A stretch of 64,000 nucleotides of DNA from the NCBI GenBank assembly GCA_035995645.1, contig DASYKG010000082.1:14205-78204 (forward strand). Reading direction: 5' to 3'. Positions within the stretch are counted from its first letter, which is position 1. Each line of letters opens with the position of its first letter. The notes under the pieces were generated by a model. The model saw only the letters and a list, made by a program, of their open reading frames with translations, made no database searches and had not been told where the DNA came from. Shown in pieces: positions 46,407 through 57,200 of this stretch. Both the position numbers and the translations under genes were made by a program. Source of the stretch: Solirubrobacteraceae bacterium (GTDB lineage Bacteria; Actinomycetota; Thermoleophilia; Solirubrobacterales; Solirubrobacteraceae).

Positions 46407-48572
46407 TCACGTAGCCTGCGGCGCCTCCGTCGCCGTCCCCGTCGGCGCCTGCGACGGCGCGATACGCAACACCCGCGCCAACCCGCTCGGCATCCACCAG
46501 TTCCATCTGCCCATCAGCGCAACGAGCGCGGGCACGAGCAGCGTTCGCACGACGATTACGTCGAGCAGGATGCCGGCGGCGAGCGCCGTGGCGATCAGCC
46601 TGACGATGATGTCCGGATTCACGCTAAGCGACAGCAGGGAGAGCGCGATGATCAGCGCGGCGCACGTCACCAGGCGTCCGGTGCGGGCAAGCGCGCCGAT
46701 GACCGCCTCGCTGGTAGAGCCGGTGCGGTCGTACTCCTCGCGGATGCGCGCGAGCACGAACACCTCGTAGTCCATCGACAGCCCGAACAGGAAGGCGAAG
46801 ACGATGATCGGTATGAAATTGCGGATCGCGCCGACTGCCGGCACGCCGTAGACGAGATTGGAGCCGTGCCCTTCTTGCCAGAAGAGCACCAGGAACCCAT
46901 AGCTCGCGCCGAGTGAGATGAGGTTGAGGATGACCGCCTTGAGCGCCAGCACGACCGAGCGAAAGGCGCGTGCGAGCAGCAGGAACGTGAGCAGTGCGAG
47001 CACCGTCAACATCAGCGGGAAGTTGCCATAGACCGCGTGGTTGAAGTCGACGACCTCGGCGGTGTTGCCGCCGACTTCGACGCCGCCCGGCACGGCGGCC
47101 AGACGCGTGCGCAGCGTGGCGATCAGCGCGCGGCCCGCAGAGGTGTTGCCCTCGGCGTTGGCGACGACGCTGAGCAGGCTGTCAGAGCCTTGGCGAAACG
47201 CGGGCGTCGTCGGAGCGAGCACCGTGTAGACGCCCGGGGTTTCGCGAGCGACGCTCGCCGCCTGCGCGGCGGCGGTGCTGCCGCCGTGGACGAGTATCTG
47301 CACGGGAAAGACGACGGCGCTGGGCACGCCATCGCGCTCCAGCGTGTGCAAGGCGTCGGCAGCTGGGCCGCCGCCCGCGGCCAGCGCGTTCGCGCTCGCC
47401 TGGCCGCTGTTCATCGACAGAGCGGGCAGCGCGAGCGCGATCATGATCGCAAGCCCGGCGATGCCGGCGATCCAACGACGACGAACGACGAACCGACCCC
47501 AGCGCTCCCATGAGGGGCTCCGCGTCGTCGAGCCGCGACGAATGCGCTTGGAGTCCAATGCGGGCCCCCACGCGGCGAGCGTCACCGGCAGCAGCGTCAC
47601 CGCTGCTGCGATCGCCACCAGCGGGATCAGCATCGAGCCGGCGCCGATGCTGCGCAGGAACGGGACGGGCAGCACAAGCAGCGAGAGCAGTCCGACGGCG
47701 ACGGTGATCCCGCTGAGCACGACCGCGTGTCCGGCCGTCGTGGCGGCGGCGAGAATCGCCTGCTCGTTGTCCAGACCGCCTTCGCGCTCCTCGCGCCAGC
47801 GCGTGACGATCAGCAGCGAGTAGTCGATCGCCACACCGAGCCCGATGAACGCGACGAGATACTCCACGAGGTTGTTCACCGTGACCAGTTGCTCCAGACC
47901 GAGCACGAGCAAGAACGTCGTCAGGATTGACGGAAGCGCCATCAGCAGCGGCACGACGGCGATCGCCGAGCCGTAGACGAACGCCAGGATGATCAGCGCT
48001 CCAAGCGCGCCGATCAGCGTCTCGACGAGCACGCTCGGCCCCCCTCCCCCACCGCTGCCGCCGCCGGCCGACTGAAGTGGCTCGAATCCGGTCAATGTCA
48101 CCGATGCGCCTGCGGGCGCAGCGGCTCGCAGCGCTGGCTGCAGGCGTTGCAGCACGCCCGTCCCCAGCGGGATGTCTGGGTTTGGCATGTCGATCAGCGC
48201 CCACGTCGTGCGCCCGTCGCGCGAGACGAGCTTGGGGTCGTGCGTGGTCGCGAAGTCGGCGACGCCGACGTGTCCCGCGCGATTTGCCGCGGCGAAGGTG
48301 CGGGCGGCGATCGCCTGGCCAGTTGCCATCGCCATCGTCTGCCCCGCGGGCAGTCGCAGCACGGCGATCGCCGGCTGCTCGTTTCCGTCCAGGCCGAAGC
48401 GCTTGGCGATATGCGAGTTGGCTTCCGAACCGGGCGTTCCGGGCGTGGCGACAGAGTGGGAGAACCCACTTGTGGCTGAGGAGGCGGTTATTCCCCCGAC
48501 GACCGTCAGCACGATCCAAGCGAGTACGACGAGGCGGCGATGGTTGAGTGCGAAGCGCGTGATTTTTGTCAT
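46407..48572 (-). CDS. MMPL (RND) family transporter
   Basis: GLGVAIDYSLL, AGHAVVLSG, FGLSMDYEVF, TGRLVTCAA; about 12 TM helices. Confidence 0.93.
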   Translation of the reverse strand: MTKITRFALNHRRLVVLAWIVLTVVGGITASSATSGFSHSVATPGTPGSEANSHIAKRFGLDGNEQPAIAVLRLPAGQTMAMATGQAIAARTFAAANRAGHVGVADFATTHDPKLVSRDGRTTWALIDMPNPDIPLGTGVLQRLQPALRAAAPAGASVTLTGFEPLQSAGGGSGGGGGPSVLVETLIGALGALIILAFVYGSAIAVVPLLMALPSILTTFLLVLGLEQLVTVNNLVEYLVAFIGLGVAIDYSLLIVTRWREEREGGLDNEQAILAAATTAGHAVVLSGITVAVGLLSLLVLPVPFLRSIGAGSMLIPLVAIAAAVTLLPVTLAAWGPALDSKRIRRGSTTRSPSWERWGRFVVRRRWIAGIAGLAIMIALALPALSMNSGQASANALAAGGGPAADALHTLERDGVPSAVVFPVQILVHGGSTAAAQAASVARETPGVYTVLAPTTPAFRQGSDSLLSVVANAEGNTSAGRALIATLRTRLAAVPGGVEVGGNTAEVVDFNHAVYGNFPLMLTVLALLTFLLLARAFRSVVLALKAVILNLISLGASYGFLVLFWQEGHGSNLVYGVPAVGAIRNFIPIIVFAFLFGLSMDYEVFVLARIREEYDRTGSTSEAVIGALARTGRLVTCAALIIALSLLSLSVNPDIIVRLIATALAAGILLDVIVVRTLLVPALVALMGRWNWWMPSGLARVLRIAPSQAPTGTATEAPQAT

Positions 48573-48749
48573 GCCGGCAAGCTAAACGCCGCCGATGGGC
48601 CTGTCGTCGGCCGCGAGAACCCAATTCACCTAGACCGCGAGGAGCAGGCAGCTCGCCCATGCGGACGCCCGCGCGTACTCCTGCAGAGGGATGGCGCGAG
48701 CGTCCGCCAAGCCGATGCCCGTCACCACGGCGATCGTTACAGTCGAAAC

Positions 48750-49916
48750 ATGAGCAGGCTCGACCGTGCCCGACAGCTGGAGCGCGCGCTTGGCGAGGCG
48801 CCCGAGCGCGACGTCGTGATGGCACTCGCGGCGTTCGCCGGCCTGCTGCTCGACGCGAATTTGAACTGGCGCAGCGCCGGCGTGGACGTCGCCGCCGTGG
48901 CCCTGGCCGCGGCGACCGCGCTGCCGCTCGTCGTGCGGCGCGGTCACCCGCTTGGCGTGCTCGTCGTCGTCACCGCAGGGCTGTTGGCGTGCTTGGCCGT
49001 GTTCCATCCCAACAACGCCGCAGTGGCCGTCGTGATGCTCGCCATCTTCACCGTTGGTCTGCAGGGCCGCCGTTTGCGCTCGCTGCTGGTCGGAGCGGCG
49101 ATGGCCCCCGTTGTCGCCGCTGCAGTCGTGATAACCAGCGACGCCAATCTCGAGCCCGGCCCGACGCTCGCGCGCCTGGCCCTGCTGCTTGCGGCGCTGG
49201 CCGCGGGCGACGCTTGGCGCGGGCGACGCGCGCTGATGCAGGCTGCGGCCGAGGAGACCAGGCGGGAGCAGGACGCCGCGGCTATCCACCGCTTCGACGA
49301 GGAGCGCCTGCGCCTGGCGCACGAGCTCCACGACACGGTCGCCCACACGCTGGTGGGAATCAACACGCGAGCCGCCGCGGCGGTGCATCTTCAGCGACGC
49401 GGGGCGGACGAGAACTTCGACGCGCTTGAGGAGATCAGGCGCAGCTCGGCCGATGCGCTGGCAGAGCTCCGGTCGACGTTGAAGGTCCTGCGGCCGGCCG
49501 CCGGCGACGCACCGCTGAGACCGGCGCAGAGCCTCGCCGACCTGCAGGAGCTGGTCGACGGGGTGGGCGGCGCCGGACTGGACATCGATCTGCAGCTGAC
49601 CGCAAACCCGCTGCAGCTTCCCACGGCGACCGCTCACGGCGCGTACCGCATCGTGCAGGAGAGCCTGACGAACGTGTTGCGTCACGCAAGCGCCACGCAC
49701 GCCCTGGTGCGCGTCGCGCTGGTCGACGACCTGCTCACCGTGGAAGTCCTCGACGACGGCCACGCGCCCGGTCACGATCACGCCACACCCGGCCAGGGAC
49801 TTCAGGGCATGGCCGAGCGGGCTGCTGCGCTCGGGGGGCGTTGCGAGGCCGGTGCGGCTGCCGGCGGCGGTTGGCGAGTCCGTGCGAGCCTTCCGGCGAG
49901 AATGGCGCACGCATGA
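48750..49916 (+). CDS. Sensor histidine kinase (HisKA_3)
   Basis: RLAHELHDTVAH, YRIVQESLTNVLRHA, DDG, GLQGMAERA. Confidence 0.93.
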   Translation: MSRLDRARQLERALGEAPERDVVMALAAFAGLLLDANLNWRSAGVDVAAVALAAATALPLVVRRGHPLGVLVVVTAGLLACLAVFHPNNAAVAVVMLAIFTVGLQGRRLRSLLVGAAMAPVVAAAVVITSDANLEPGPTLARLALLLAALAAGDAWRGRRALMQAAAEETRREQDAAAIHRFDEERLRLAHELHDTVAHTLVGINTRAAAAVHLQRRGADENFDALEEIRRSSADALAELRSTLKVLRPAAGDAPLRPAQSLADLQELVDGVGGAGLDIDLQLTANPLQLPTATAHGAYRIVQESLTNVLRHASATHALVRVALVDDLLTVEVLDDGHAPGHDHATPGQGLQGMAERAAALGGRCEAGAAAGGGWRVRASLPARMAHA

Positions 49917-50623
49917 CCGACGCCCCGAACCTGCGGGTCCTCGTCGCAGACGATCACGCGCTCGTCCGTCACGGCTTTCGCTCGATCCTCACCGGCGAGG
50001 AGGACATCGACGTTATCGAGGAAGCGAACGACGGCCGCGCCGCCGTGGCGATCGCGGCCAGAGAGCGGCCGGACGTGGTGCTGATGGACATTCGCATGCC
50101 GGAGCTGGACGGGATCGAGGCGACGCGTCTGATCACGGCCAGTCCCCAGCTCGAGGACACCAGGGTGATCGTGCTGACGACCTTCGACTTGGACGAGTAC
50201 GTCTTTGGCGCGCTGCGCGCCGGCGCGAGCGGCTTCCTGCTGAAGGGCGTGGAGCCCGCGCAACTGGTCGACGCGGTGCGCACGGTCGCAGGCGGCGAGG
50301 CGCTGCTCGAGCCCAGCGCCACACGGCGGTTGATCGAGGCTTACACCGCCGGCGCGCCCAACCGGCGCGATGGCCCGGTCGCCCTGCCGGATGACCTGAC
50401 AACACGCGAGACCGAGCTGCTCGCCTTGATCGCCGAGGGATCGACCAATGCGGAGATCGCCGAACGGCTGATCATCAGTCCGCTGACGGTGAAGTCACAC
50501 GTCTCGCGCATCCTCGCGAAGATGTCCGCGCGCGACCGCACCCAACTGGTCGTGATGGCCTACGAGAGCGGGCTCGTCGTCCCGCGGCGAACGAGCGAGC
50601 CATCGATACCCACGGAGGACTGA
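49913..50623 (+). CDS. NarL/LuxR response regulator
   Basis: VADDHALVR, LMDIRMP, GASGFLLK, C-terminal HTH TVKSHVSRIL. Confidence 0.95.
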   Translation: MTDAPNLRVLVADDHALVRHGFRSILTGEEDIDVIEEANDGRAAVAIAARERPDVVLMDIRMPELDGIEATRLITASPQLEDTRVIVLTTFDLDEYVFGALRAGASGFLLKGVEPAQLVDAVRTVAGGEALLEPSATRRLIEAYTAGAPNRRDGPVALPDDLTTRETELLALIAEGSTNAEIAERLIISPLTVKSHVSRILAKMSARDRTQLVVMAYESGLVVPRRTSEPSIPTED

Positions 50624-50625
50624 GC

Positions 50626-51477
50626 ATGCGACTGGTCACATACGAGCACGGCGACGGTGCGACCGGCGGCATCCTGATCGGCGACGGCATCGTCCCGGCC
50701 GCGGCACTCGACGTGCCGGCACGCTCGGTGCGCGGGCTGCTGGCCTCGCTCGACGCGGACGGCTTGGCCGAGCTCGGCGTGCGCGCCGCGGACGCCGGCG
50801 AGCGCATCGCAGTGAGCACCGTGAACCTGCTCGCCCCCGTCCCGGACCCCGAGAAGATCATCTGCCTCGGCCTCAACTACCGCGATCACGCCAAGGAGGC
50901 CGGCCAGGAGATCCCGGCGGCGCCGATGTGGTTTGCCAAGTTCGCCAACTCGCTGATCGGCAGCGGCCGGGAGATCGTGCTCCCGGCGGCATACCCCCAC
51001 CACGTCGATTACGAGGCAGAGCTCGCCGTGGTGATCGGACGCGCCGCACACCGCGTGGATGCGGCGGACGCGATGCGATACGTCGCGGGTGCGATGCCCT
51101 TCAACGACGTCAGCGCGCGCGACCTGCAATTCGAGAACCCGCTGTGGACGTCCGGCAAGGCCATCGACACGTTCGCGCCCTGCGGACCAGCGCTCGTGAC
51201 GCTCGAGGAGGTCGGCGACCTCGGCTCGCTCGGCCTACGCACGCGCGTCAACGGCGAGGTCGTGCAGGAGGGCAACACGCGCGAGCAGATCTTCGGCGTC
51301 GCCGAGACCGTCGCGTGGCTTTCGCGCACGATGACGCTGCTGCCGGGTGACATCATCGCCACCGGCACGCCGTCGGGCGTCGGCGCGAGCCGCAACAGCT
51401 TTCTCCAGGCCGGGGACACGATCGAGGTCGAAGTCGACGGGCTCGGCGCCGTCATCAGCCCAGTCCGTCGCGAGTAG
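50626..51477 (+). CDS. Fumarylacetoacetate hydrolase family protein
   Basis: KIICLGLNYRDH, DYEAEL, NDVSARD, GKAIDTF, ATGTPSGVG. Confidence 0.93.
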   Translation: MRLVTYEHGDGATGGILIGDGIVPAAALDVPARSVRGLLASLDADGLAELGVRAADAGERIAVSTVNLLAPVPDPEKIICLGLNYRDHAKEAGQEIPAAPMWFAKFANSLIGSGREIVLPAAYPHHVDYEAELAVVIGRAAHRVDAADAMRYVAGAMPFNDVSARDLQFENPLWTSGKAIDTFAPCGPALVTLEEVGDLGSLGLRTRVNGEVVQEGNTREQIFGVAETVAWLSRTMTLLPGDIIATGTPSGVGASRNSFLQAGDTIEVEVDGLGAVISPVRRE

Positions 51478-51545
51478 ACCTCGGGCTGCTGGCAGCCAGC
51501 GCGCCCGGCGCTCATCGCCGGCGGACCGCGCGATACTCCGCAGGC

Positions 51546-52295
51546 ATGCTGCGCCTGATCACGATCCCCATCAGCCACTACTGCGAAAAGGCGCGCTGGA
51601 GCCTCGCGCGGGCGGGCATCGCATATCGCGAGGAGCGCCACGTGCAGGGCATCCACCGCCTGGCCGCACGGCGCGCGGGCGGTGGCTCGACGGTCCCCGT
51701 GCTGGTGACCCCCGACGGCGCGATCGGCGAGTCGGACGAGATCCTCGCATGGGTAGATCGCCGCACGTCGCCCGAGCGCCGGCTGTTTCCGCAAGAGCCC
51801 GCGGCACGCCACGAGGTCGCGCGGCTGTGCGCGCGCTTTGACGAGCAGCTCGGGCCGAAGGGCCGGCGGCTGATGTACGTGCACCTGTTCGAGGACAGGC
51901 CGCTTGCGCTGCGCTTCAACAACGCGGGCGTGCCGGCGTGGGAGGACCGCGCGATGCGCGTCGGCTGGCCGCTGATCGAGCGCGTTATCAGCCGCGTGCT
52001 GGACATCCGCCCGGGCATCGAGGTCGCCGACGAGGCCGACGTGTGGCGCGAGCTGGATTTCGTCGCAGGGCTACTCGCGGACGGCCGCCCGCACCTGTGC
52101 GGGGAGCGCTTCACTGCCGCCGACCTGACGTTCGCGGCGCTGTCGTCGGCGATCGTCGTGCCGCCGTCATACGGCGTGGAGCTGCCCCAGCCAGAGGCGA
52201 TGCAGGCGCCGCTCGCCTCGCTGGTCAGACGTGCGCGCGCGCATCCGGCCGGCGCGTACGCGCTTTCGCTGTTCGCGCGGCGCGAGCAGCTGTGA
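51546..52295 (+). CDS. Glutathione S-transferase family protein
   Basis: SHYCEKARWSL, TVPVL, ESDEI, FTAADLTFAAL. Confidence 0.88.
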   Translation: MLRLITIPISHYCEKARWSLARAGIAYREERHVQGIHRLAARRAGGGSTVPVLVTPDGAIGESDEILAWVDRRTSPERRLFPQEPAARHEVARLCARFDEQLGPKGRRLMYVHLFEDRPLALRFNNAGVPAWEDRAMRVGWPLIERVISRVLDIRPGIEVADEADVWRELDFVAGLLADGRPHLCGERFTAADLTFAALSSAIVVPPSYGVELPQPEAMQAPLASLVRRARAHPAGAYALSLFARREQL

Positions 52296-52317
52296 GCGCC
52301 CGAGCGCTGAAAGCGGC

Positions 52318-53325
52318 TCAGCCGGCGCTCGTGCGGGCGGCGATCCGCTCGCGCTGGGGCTCGACGGTGTACTTCGGATCGCGCGCGGAGGCCATGCCGC
52401 CCTCGAACAGCCCGAAGCGCGTGAGCGCTGAGCCCGCCAGCAGCGCCGCCCCGCTGAGCGCTGCCGCCAGACGGCTGCGGCGGGCGAGCGTCGCGCTGCC
52501 AAGGGCGCCGGCGGCGGTCAGCGCCTTGGCGGCCTTCAGGCGCTTGCCGGCGCTGCCATCGTGAAGCGCCTGCGCGACCATGCCGAGGCGACGCTCCATC
52601 AGCTGCTCGGCGACGAGCTCGCCGGCGGCGCCGAGCACGGCCATGCGTCGCGCTGGCGCGGCCTCTGACGACGGCGCGGCGATCAGCGCGAAACCCGCTC
52701 CGGCGCTGGCGGCGGAGCCGACGAACACGAACGGCAGCTCGCGATGGCCGCCGTGCCACGCGGGTACAGCGGTGTTGGCGATCAGCGCGCCCGTGTAGGA
52801 GGCCACGCCGGCGCCGAGCACACCGGCACCGAGCGCCGCCGCGCGTCCGGCGCGCGGCGCGATGCCGAGCACGTCGCTGCCCGCGGCGATCCCGTTGAGC
52901 GGTCCGTATGCGCCGAGCAGCCACGAGCCGACGCTCATCGGCGAGGTCGGCTTGAACACGCGCAGCATGTTCAAGAAGCGCCCCGGGCGCCCGAGGTCGT
53001 GCACGAGCGCGACGAGCGAGGCGCCGAGCGCCGCGGAAGCGCACAGCTTGCAGCGACGGGCCAGTCGCGGGCGCCCGGACAGCTCGCCGCCGGCCGCGAG
53101 GATCGAGCTAGCGCCGGCCAGGCCGCCGGCGAACAGGTAGCCGGCGATGTCGCGCTCCTCCCACACGGGCAGGTTGATGATCGGTTTGCCGTAGTAGGAG
53201 GACCCCGGGTGATCTTCTGCGGGGCGCTCTCCCCTGCGCTGCTTGCCGTCGTGCGACCACGTGCGCGCTTCGCGATCGGGGCGCACGCCCTGCAGGCCGT
53301 CGCGCGTGACCGCCGCTTCGCTCAC
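52318..53325 (-). CDS. NrfD/PsrC-family membrane anchor subunit
   Basis: SYYGKPII..PVW, IAGYLFAGG, HDLGRPGRF, PTSPMSVGSW, YTGALIANTAVPAW; GTGA overlap. Confidence 0.88.
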   Translation of the reverse strand: MSEAAVTRDGLQGVRPDREARTWSHDGKQRRGERPAEDHPGSSYYGKPIINLPVWEERDIAGYLFAGGLAGASSILAAGGELSGRPRLARRCKLCASAALGASLVALVHDLGRPGRFLNMLRVFKPTSPMSVGSWLLGAYGPLNGIAAGSDVLGIAPRAGRAAALGAGVLGAGVASYTGALIANTAVPAWHGGHRELPFVFVGSAASAGAGFALIAAPSSEAAPARRMAVLGAAGELVAEQLMERRLGMVAQALHDGSAGKRLKAAKALTAAGALGSATLARRSRLAAALSGAALLAGSALTRFGLFEGGMASARDPKYTVEPQRERIAARTSAG

Positions 53326-54266
53326 CGGCGTGCCCCGGCGAAGGACGCTGCGGCGCCGGCGAGCAGTGCGCCGGCGGCGAGGCCGACGTTGCGCCACATG
53401 CGCGGCAGGTCGCGCGTGGTGACGACCGGGTCCGGCGGCAGTCCGTAGACCTCGGGCTCGTCGAGCAGCAGGAAGAAGGCCCCGTCGCCGCCCACCCCGT
53501 CGTCGGGGCTCTCGCCATAGAGCCGCGCCTGCACGACTCCCGCCTGCTGCAGCTGCTCGACGCGCCCGGCCGCGCGCACGCGCAGCTCGTCGAGCTCGCC
53601 GAACTGGATCGAGTTGGTCGGGCAGGCCTTTGCGCAGGCGGGCTCCTGGCCGACGCCGAGGCGGTCGTAGCAGAGCGTGCACTTGAAGATCCGCCCGTCC
53701 TCCTCGCGCTTGTCGAGCACGCCGTACGGGCATGCCGGCACGCAGTAGCCGCAGCCGTTGCAGATGTCCTGCTGCACGACGACGGTGCCGAACTCGCTGC
53801 GGAAGATCGCGCCGGTAGGGCACACGTCAAGGCAGGCGGCGTGCGTGCAGTGCTTGCACACGTCGGAGGCCATCAGCCAGCGAAAGCCGTCGTTGCCCTC
53901 CTCGCCGGCTGCGGGCGCGCGCTGGAAGTTGGGCTGATGTTCGCCGACGGGCACGCGCTGCTCGACGAAGGCGACGTGGCGCCACGTGTTGGCGTCGAGG
54001 CCGCCGGAGTTGTCGTGCGACATCCCCGTCCAGTTCAGCCCGTCCTCGGGCACTCCGTTCCACTCCTTGCAGGCGACCTCGCACGCCTTGCAGCCGATGC
54101 ACAACGTCGTGTCGGTGAAGAATCCCATGCGCGGCGGGTGCTCTGACCAACCCGAGCTGCCCGCCGGCTCACCGCTCTCGAGCAGGATGTTCAGCAGATC
54201 CTCGCCGCCGGCGCCTGCGCGTACCGCTGCGTCTGCGCCGTCTGCAGAGTCGGCGTACGCGCTCAC
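53322..54266 (-). CDS. Formate dehydrogenase iron-sulfur (beta) subunit
   Basis: CIGCKACEVAC, CKHC..AACLDVCP, CNGCGYCVPACP, KCTLC...PACAKACP. Confidence 0.93.
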   Translation of the reverse strand: MSAYADSADGADAAVRAGAGGEDLLNILLESGEPAGSSGWSEHPPRMGFFTDTTLCIGCKACEVACKEWNGVPEDGLNWTGMSHDNSGGLDANTWRHVAFVEQRVPVGEHQPNFQRAPAAGEEGNDGFRWLMASDVCKHCTHAACLDVCPTGAIFRSEFGTVVVQQDICNGCGYCVPACPYGVLDKREEDGRIFKCTLCYDRLGVGQEPACAKACPTNSIQFGELDELRVRAAGRVEQLQQAGVVQARLYGESPDDGVGGDGAFFLLLDEPEVYGLPPDPVVTTRDLPRMWRNVGLAAGALLAGAAASFAGARR

Positions 54267-57200
54267 GGCCTCATCCCGGTCTGCGCGGTGATGCCCGCGC
54301 GCTGGCGGTACTCGCGCACGAGCTGCACGCGCGCCTCGCCGCGCGGGCGTCGGCCAGGCTGGATGTCGACGCTCAGCGCCTTGACCTCCTGGATGTGCGA
54401 GCTGGGGTCGAGCGCCATCGAGGACAGCTCATTCATCGAGTCCCCTTTCGCGTAGCCGTTGGCGCCCCAGTGGTAGGGCAGGCCAATCTGGTGGATCGTG
54501 CGTCCCTCGATCTGCAGCGGGGTCATGCGATCGGTGACCATCACGCGCGCCTCCACCGCTCCGCGCGCGCTGACGAGCGTCGCCCAGCCGGCGTGCTCGA
54601 GCTCACGCTCCTCGGCGAGCTCCGGGGAGACCTCGCAGAAGAACTCCGGCTGCAGCTCGGCGAGGTACGGCGTCCAGCGCGACATGCCACCGGCGGTGAA
54701 GTGCTCGGTCAGGCGGTAGGTCGTGACGACGAAGGGGAACACACCCGCCCCAGGCTCGTCGGGATCGGGGTGGTAGCGGTTGTTCTCGTGCTCGTAGACC
54801 TGGCGCGCGGGGTTTCGCTGGCGGCTCGGGTACACCGTGTTGGCCACCGGCGAGTCCTGCGGCTCGTAGTGCGTCGGCAGCGGACCGTCGGCGACGCCCG
54901 CGGGCGCGAACAGCCAGCCACGGCCGTCGGCCTGCATGATGAACGGCGTGTTGCCGGCGATCGCCGCGGGGCCGGCGGCGTCGTCGGGCGGGCGGTAGTC
55001 CGGTGGCTTGTCGGCCTCGAAGTCGGGTGTGTCGTGGCCGGTCCACTTCTTCTTCTCCGCGTCCCACCAGACGAGCGCCTTGCGCTCGCTCCACGGCTTG
55101 CCCTCGGGGTCGGCGGAGGCGCGGTTGTAAAGGATGCGACGGTTGGCCGGCCACGCCCACGCCCACTCCCCCCCGGTCCAATTCTGCTCGCGCGCTGGCT
55201 TGCGCCGCGCGGTCTGGTTGACGCCTTCGGCATAGCAGCCGCAGTAGATCCAGCAGCCGCAGGATGTAGTCCCGTCGTCCTTCAGTTCGGTGTACGTCGA
55301 GAGCATCTCCCCATCGGCGTTCCAGCCGTTGATCTCCGCGAGGACGGCGTTGGCGTCGGGGTCTTCGTGCTCGCCCTCGGTGGGGTAGTCCCACGTGAGC
55401 TCAAGCACGGGCCGATCGCGCTCCTCCTGCGAGCCGGCGAGGCGCTCGCGGACGCGCTTGCCCAGCTGATGGATGAACCACAGGTCGCTGCGCTGCTCAT
55501 CCTTGGGCTCCTGCGCCTTGTGGTGCCACTGCAGCATCCGCTGGGTGTTGGTGAACGTGCCGTCCTTCTCGATGTGCGCGGCGGCGGGGAAGAAGAAGAC
55601 CTCGGTGGCGATCTCCTCGGTACGCATCTCACCGGATTCGATCTCCGGCCCGTCCTTCCACCAGGTCGCGCTCTCGATCAGCGAGAAGTCGCGCACGACG
55701 AGCCAGTCGAGCTTTGACATGCCCAGGCGCTGCATGCGCGTGTTGGCCGAGCCGACGGCGGGATTCTCGCCGAACAGGAAGTAGCCCTTGACGGTGCCCT
55801 TGATCTGCTCCATTACGGTGTCGTACGTGCTGTGGCTGCCGGTCAGGCGGGGCAGGTAATCGAAGCGATAGTCGTTCTCCGCGGTCGCCGCGGCGCCCCA
55901 CCAGGCCTTTAGCATGCTGACCGTGTAGTCGCGCATGTTCCCCCAGAACCCGCGGCGCGCGGAGCTGCCGGCGATGAACTTGTCGAGGGTCTCGTGGCGG
56001 TGCGCGTGGGGCATCGGGATGTAGCCGGGAAGCGTGTCGAACAGCGTCGGGATGTCGCTCGAGCCCTGGATCGAGGCGTGCCCGCGCATCGCCATCACCC
56101 CGCCGCCGGGCCGGCCCATGTTGCCGAGCAGCAGCTGCAGGATCGACGCCGCACGGATGTATTGGGAGCCGATCGTGTGCTGCGTCCAGCCGACGCCGTG
56201 CACGAACGCGGTCGTGCGCTCGCGTCCAGAGTTCTCGACGAACAGCTCGCATGTCTTTGCGAACACGTCCTGCGGCACCCCGCACACGCGTTCGACCATC
56301 TCCGGCGTGTACTGCGCGTAGTGGCGCTTGAGGATCTGCCAGACGCAGCGCGGGTGCTGCAGCGTGGGGTCGAGCTTCGGGTGACCGCGAGCGGCATCGG
56401 TATCGCGGCCCTCGCTCTCCTCGGCGAGCGCCTCGACGTTGCCCTCCTGGTCGCGCTGTCCGGCAGCGGCGGCGACGAACGCCCCCTCGTACTGCCAGCT
56501 CGACGGATCATAGCCGCGCTTCTCCTCGTCGAAGCCCGAGAACAGGCCGTCCGCGCCGACGTCCTCGAAGTCCTCGCCGACGATCGTCGGCGCGTTGGTG
56601 TATGCGAGCACGTACTCGCGAAAGTCCGACTCGGTGCTGAGCACGTGGTTGATGATGCCGCCGAGGAAGGCAATGTCGGTGCCGGCGCGCAGCGGCACGA
56701 ACATGTCTGCGAGCGCGCTCGTGCGGCTGTAGTGCGGATCGACGTGGATCACCGTCGCGCCACGCGCCTTGGCCTCCATCACCCACTGGAAGGCGACAGG
56801 GTGGGCCTCGGCCATGTTCGAGCCCTCGAGCACGATCAGGTCGGAGTTCTGCAGGTCCCCGGGCAGCGTGCTGGAGGCGCCGCGACCGAAGGACGTGCCG
56901 AGGCCGACGACCGTCGAGCTGTGACAGACGCGTGCCTGGTTCTCGATCTGCACGATTCCCGACGCGGTGAGGAACTTCTTTATTAGATAGTTCTCCTCGT
57001 TGTCGAGTGTGGCTCCGCCGAGGGCCGCGATGCTCATGCAGCGCCGCGTGCGCTCGCCTTCGCTTTCCCACTCCCAGCCCTCGCCGCGGGTCTGCACGAA
57101 TTTGTCGGCGACCATGTCCATCGCCGTCTGCAGGTCCAGCCGCTCCCAGTCGCTGGCGTGCGGCGGGCGGTACAGGACGAAACGTTCGCGCGACTCGCCG

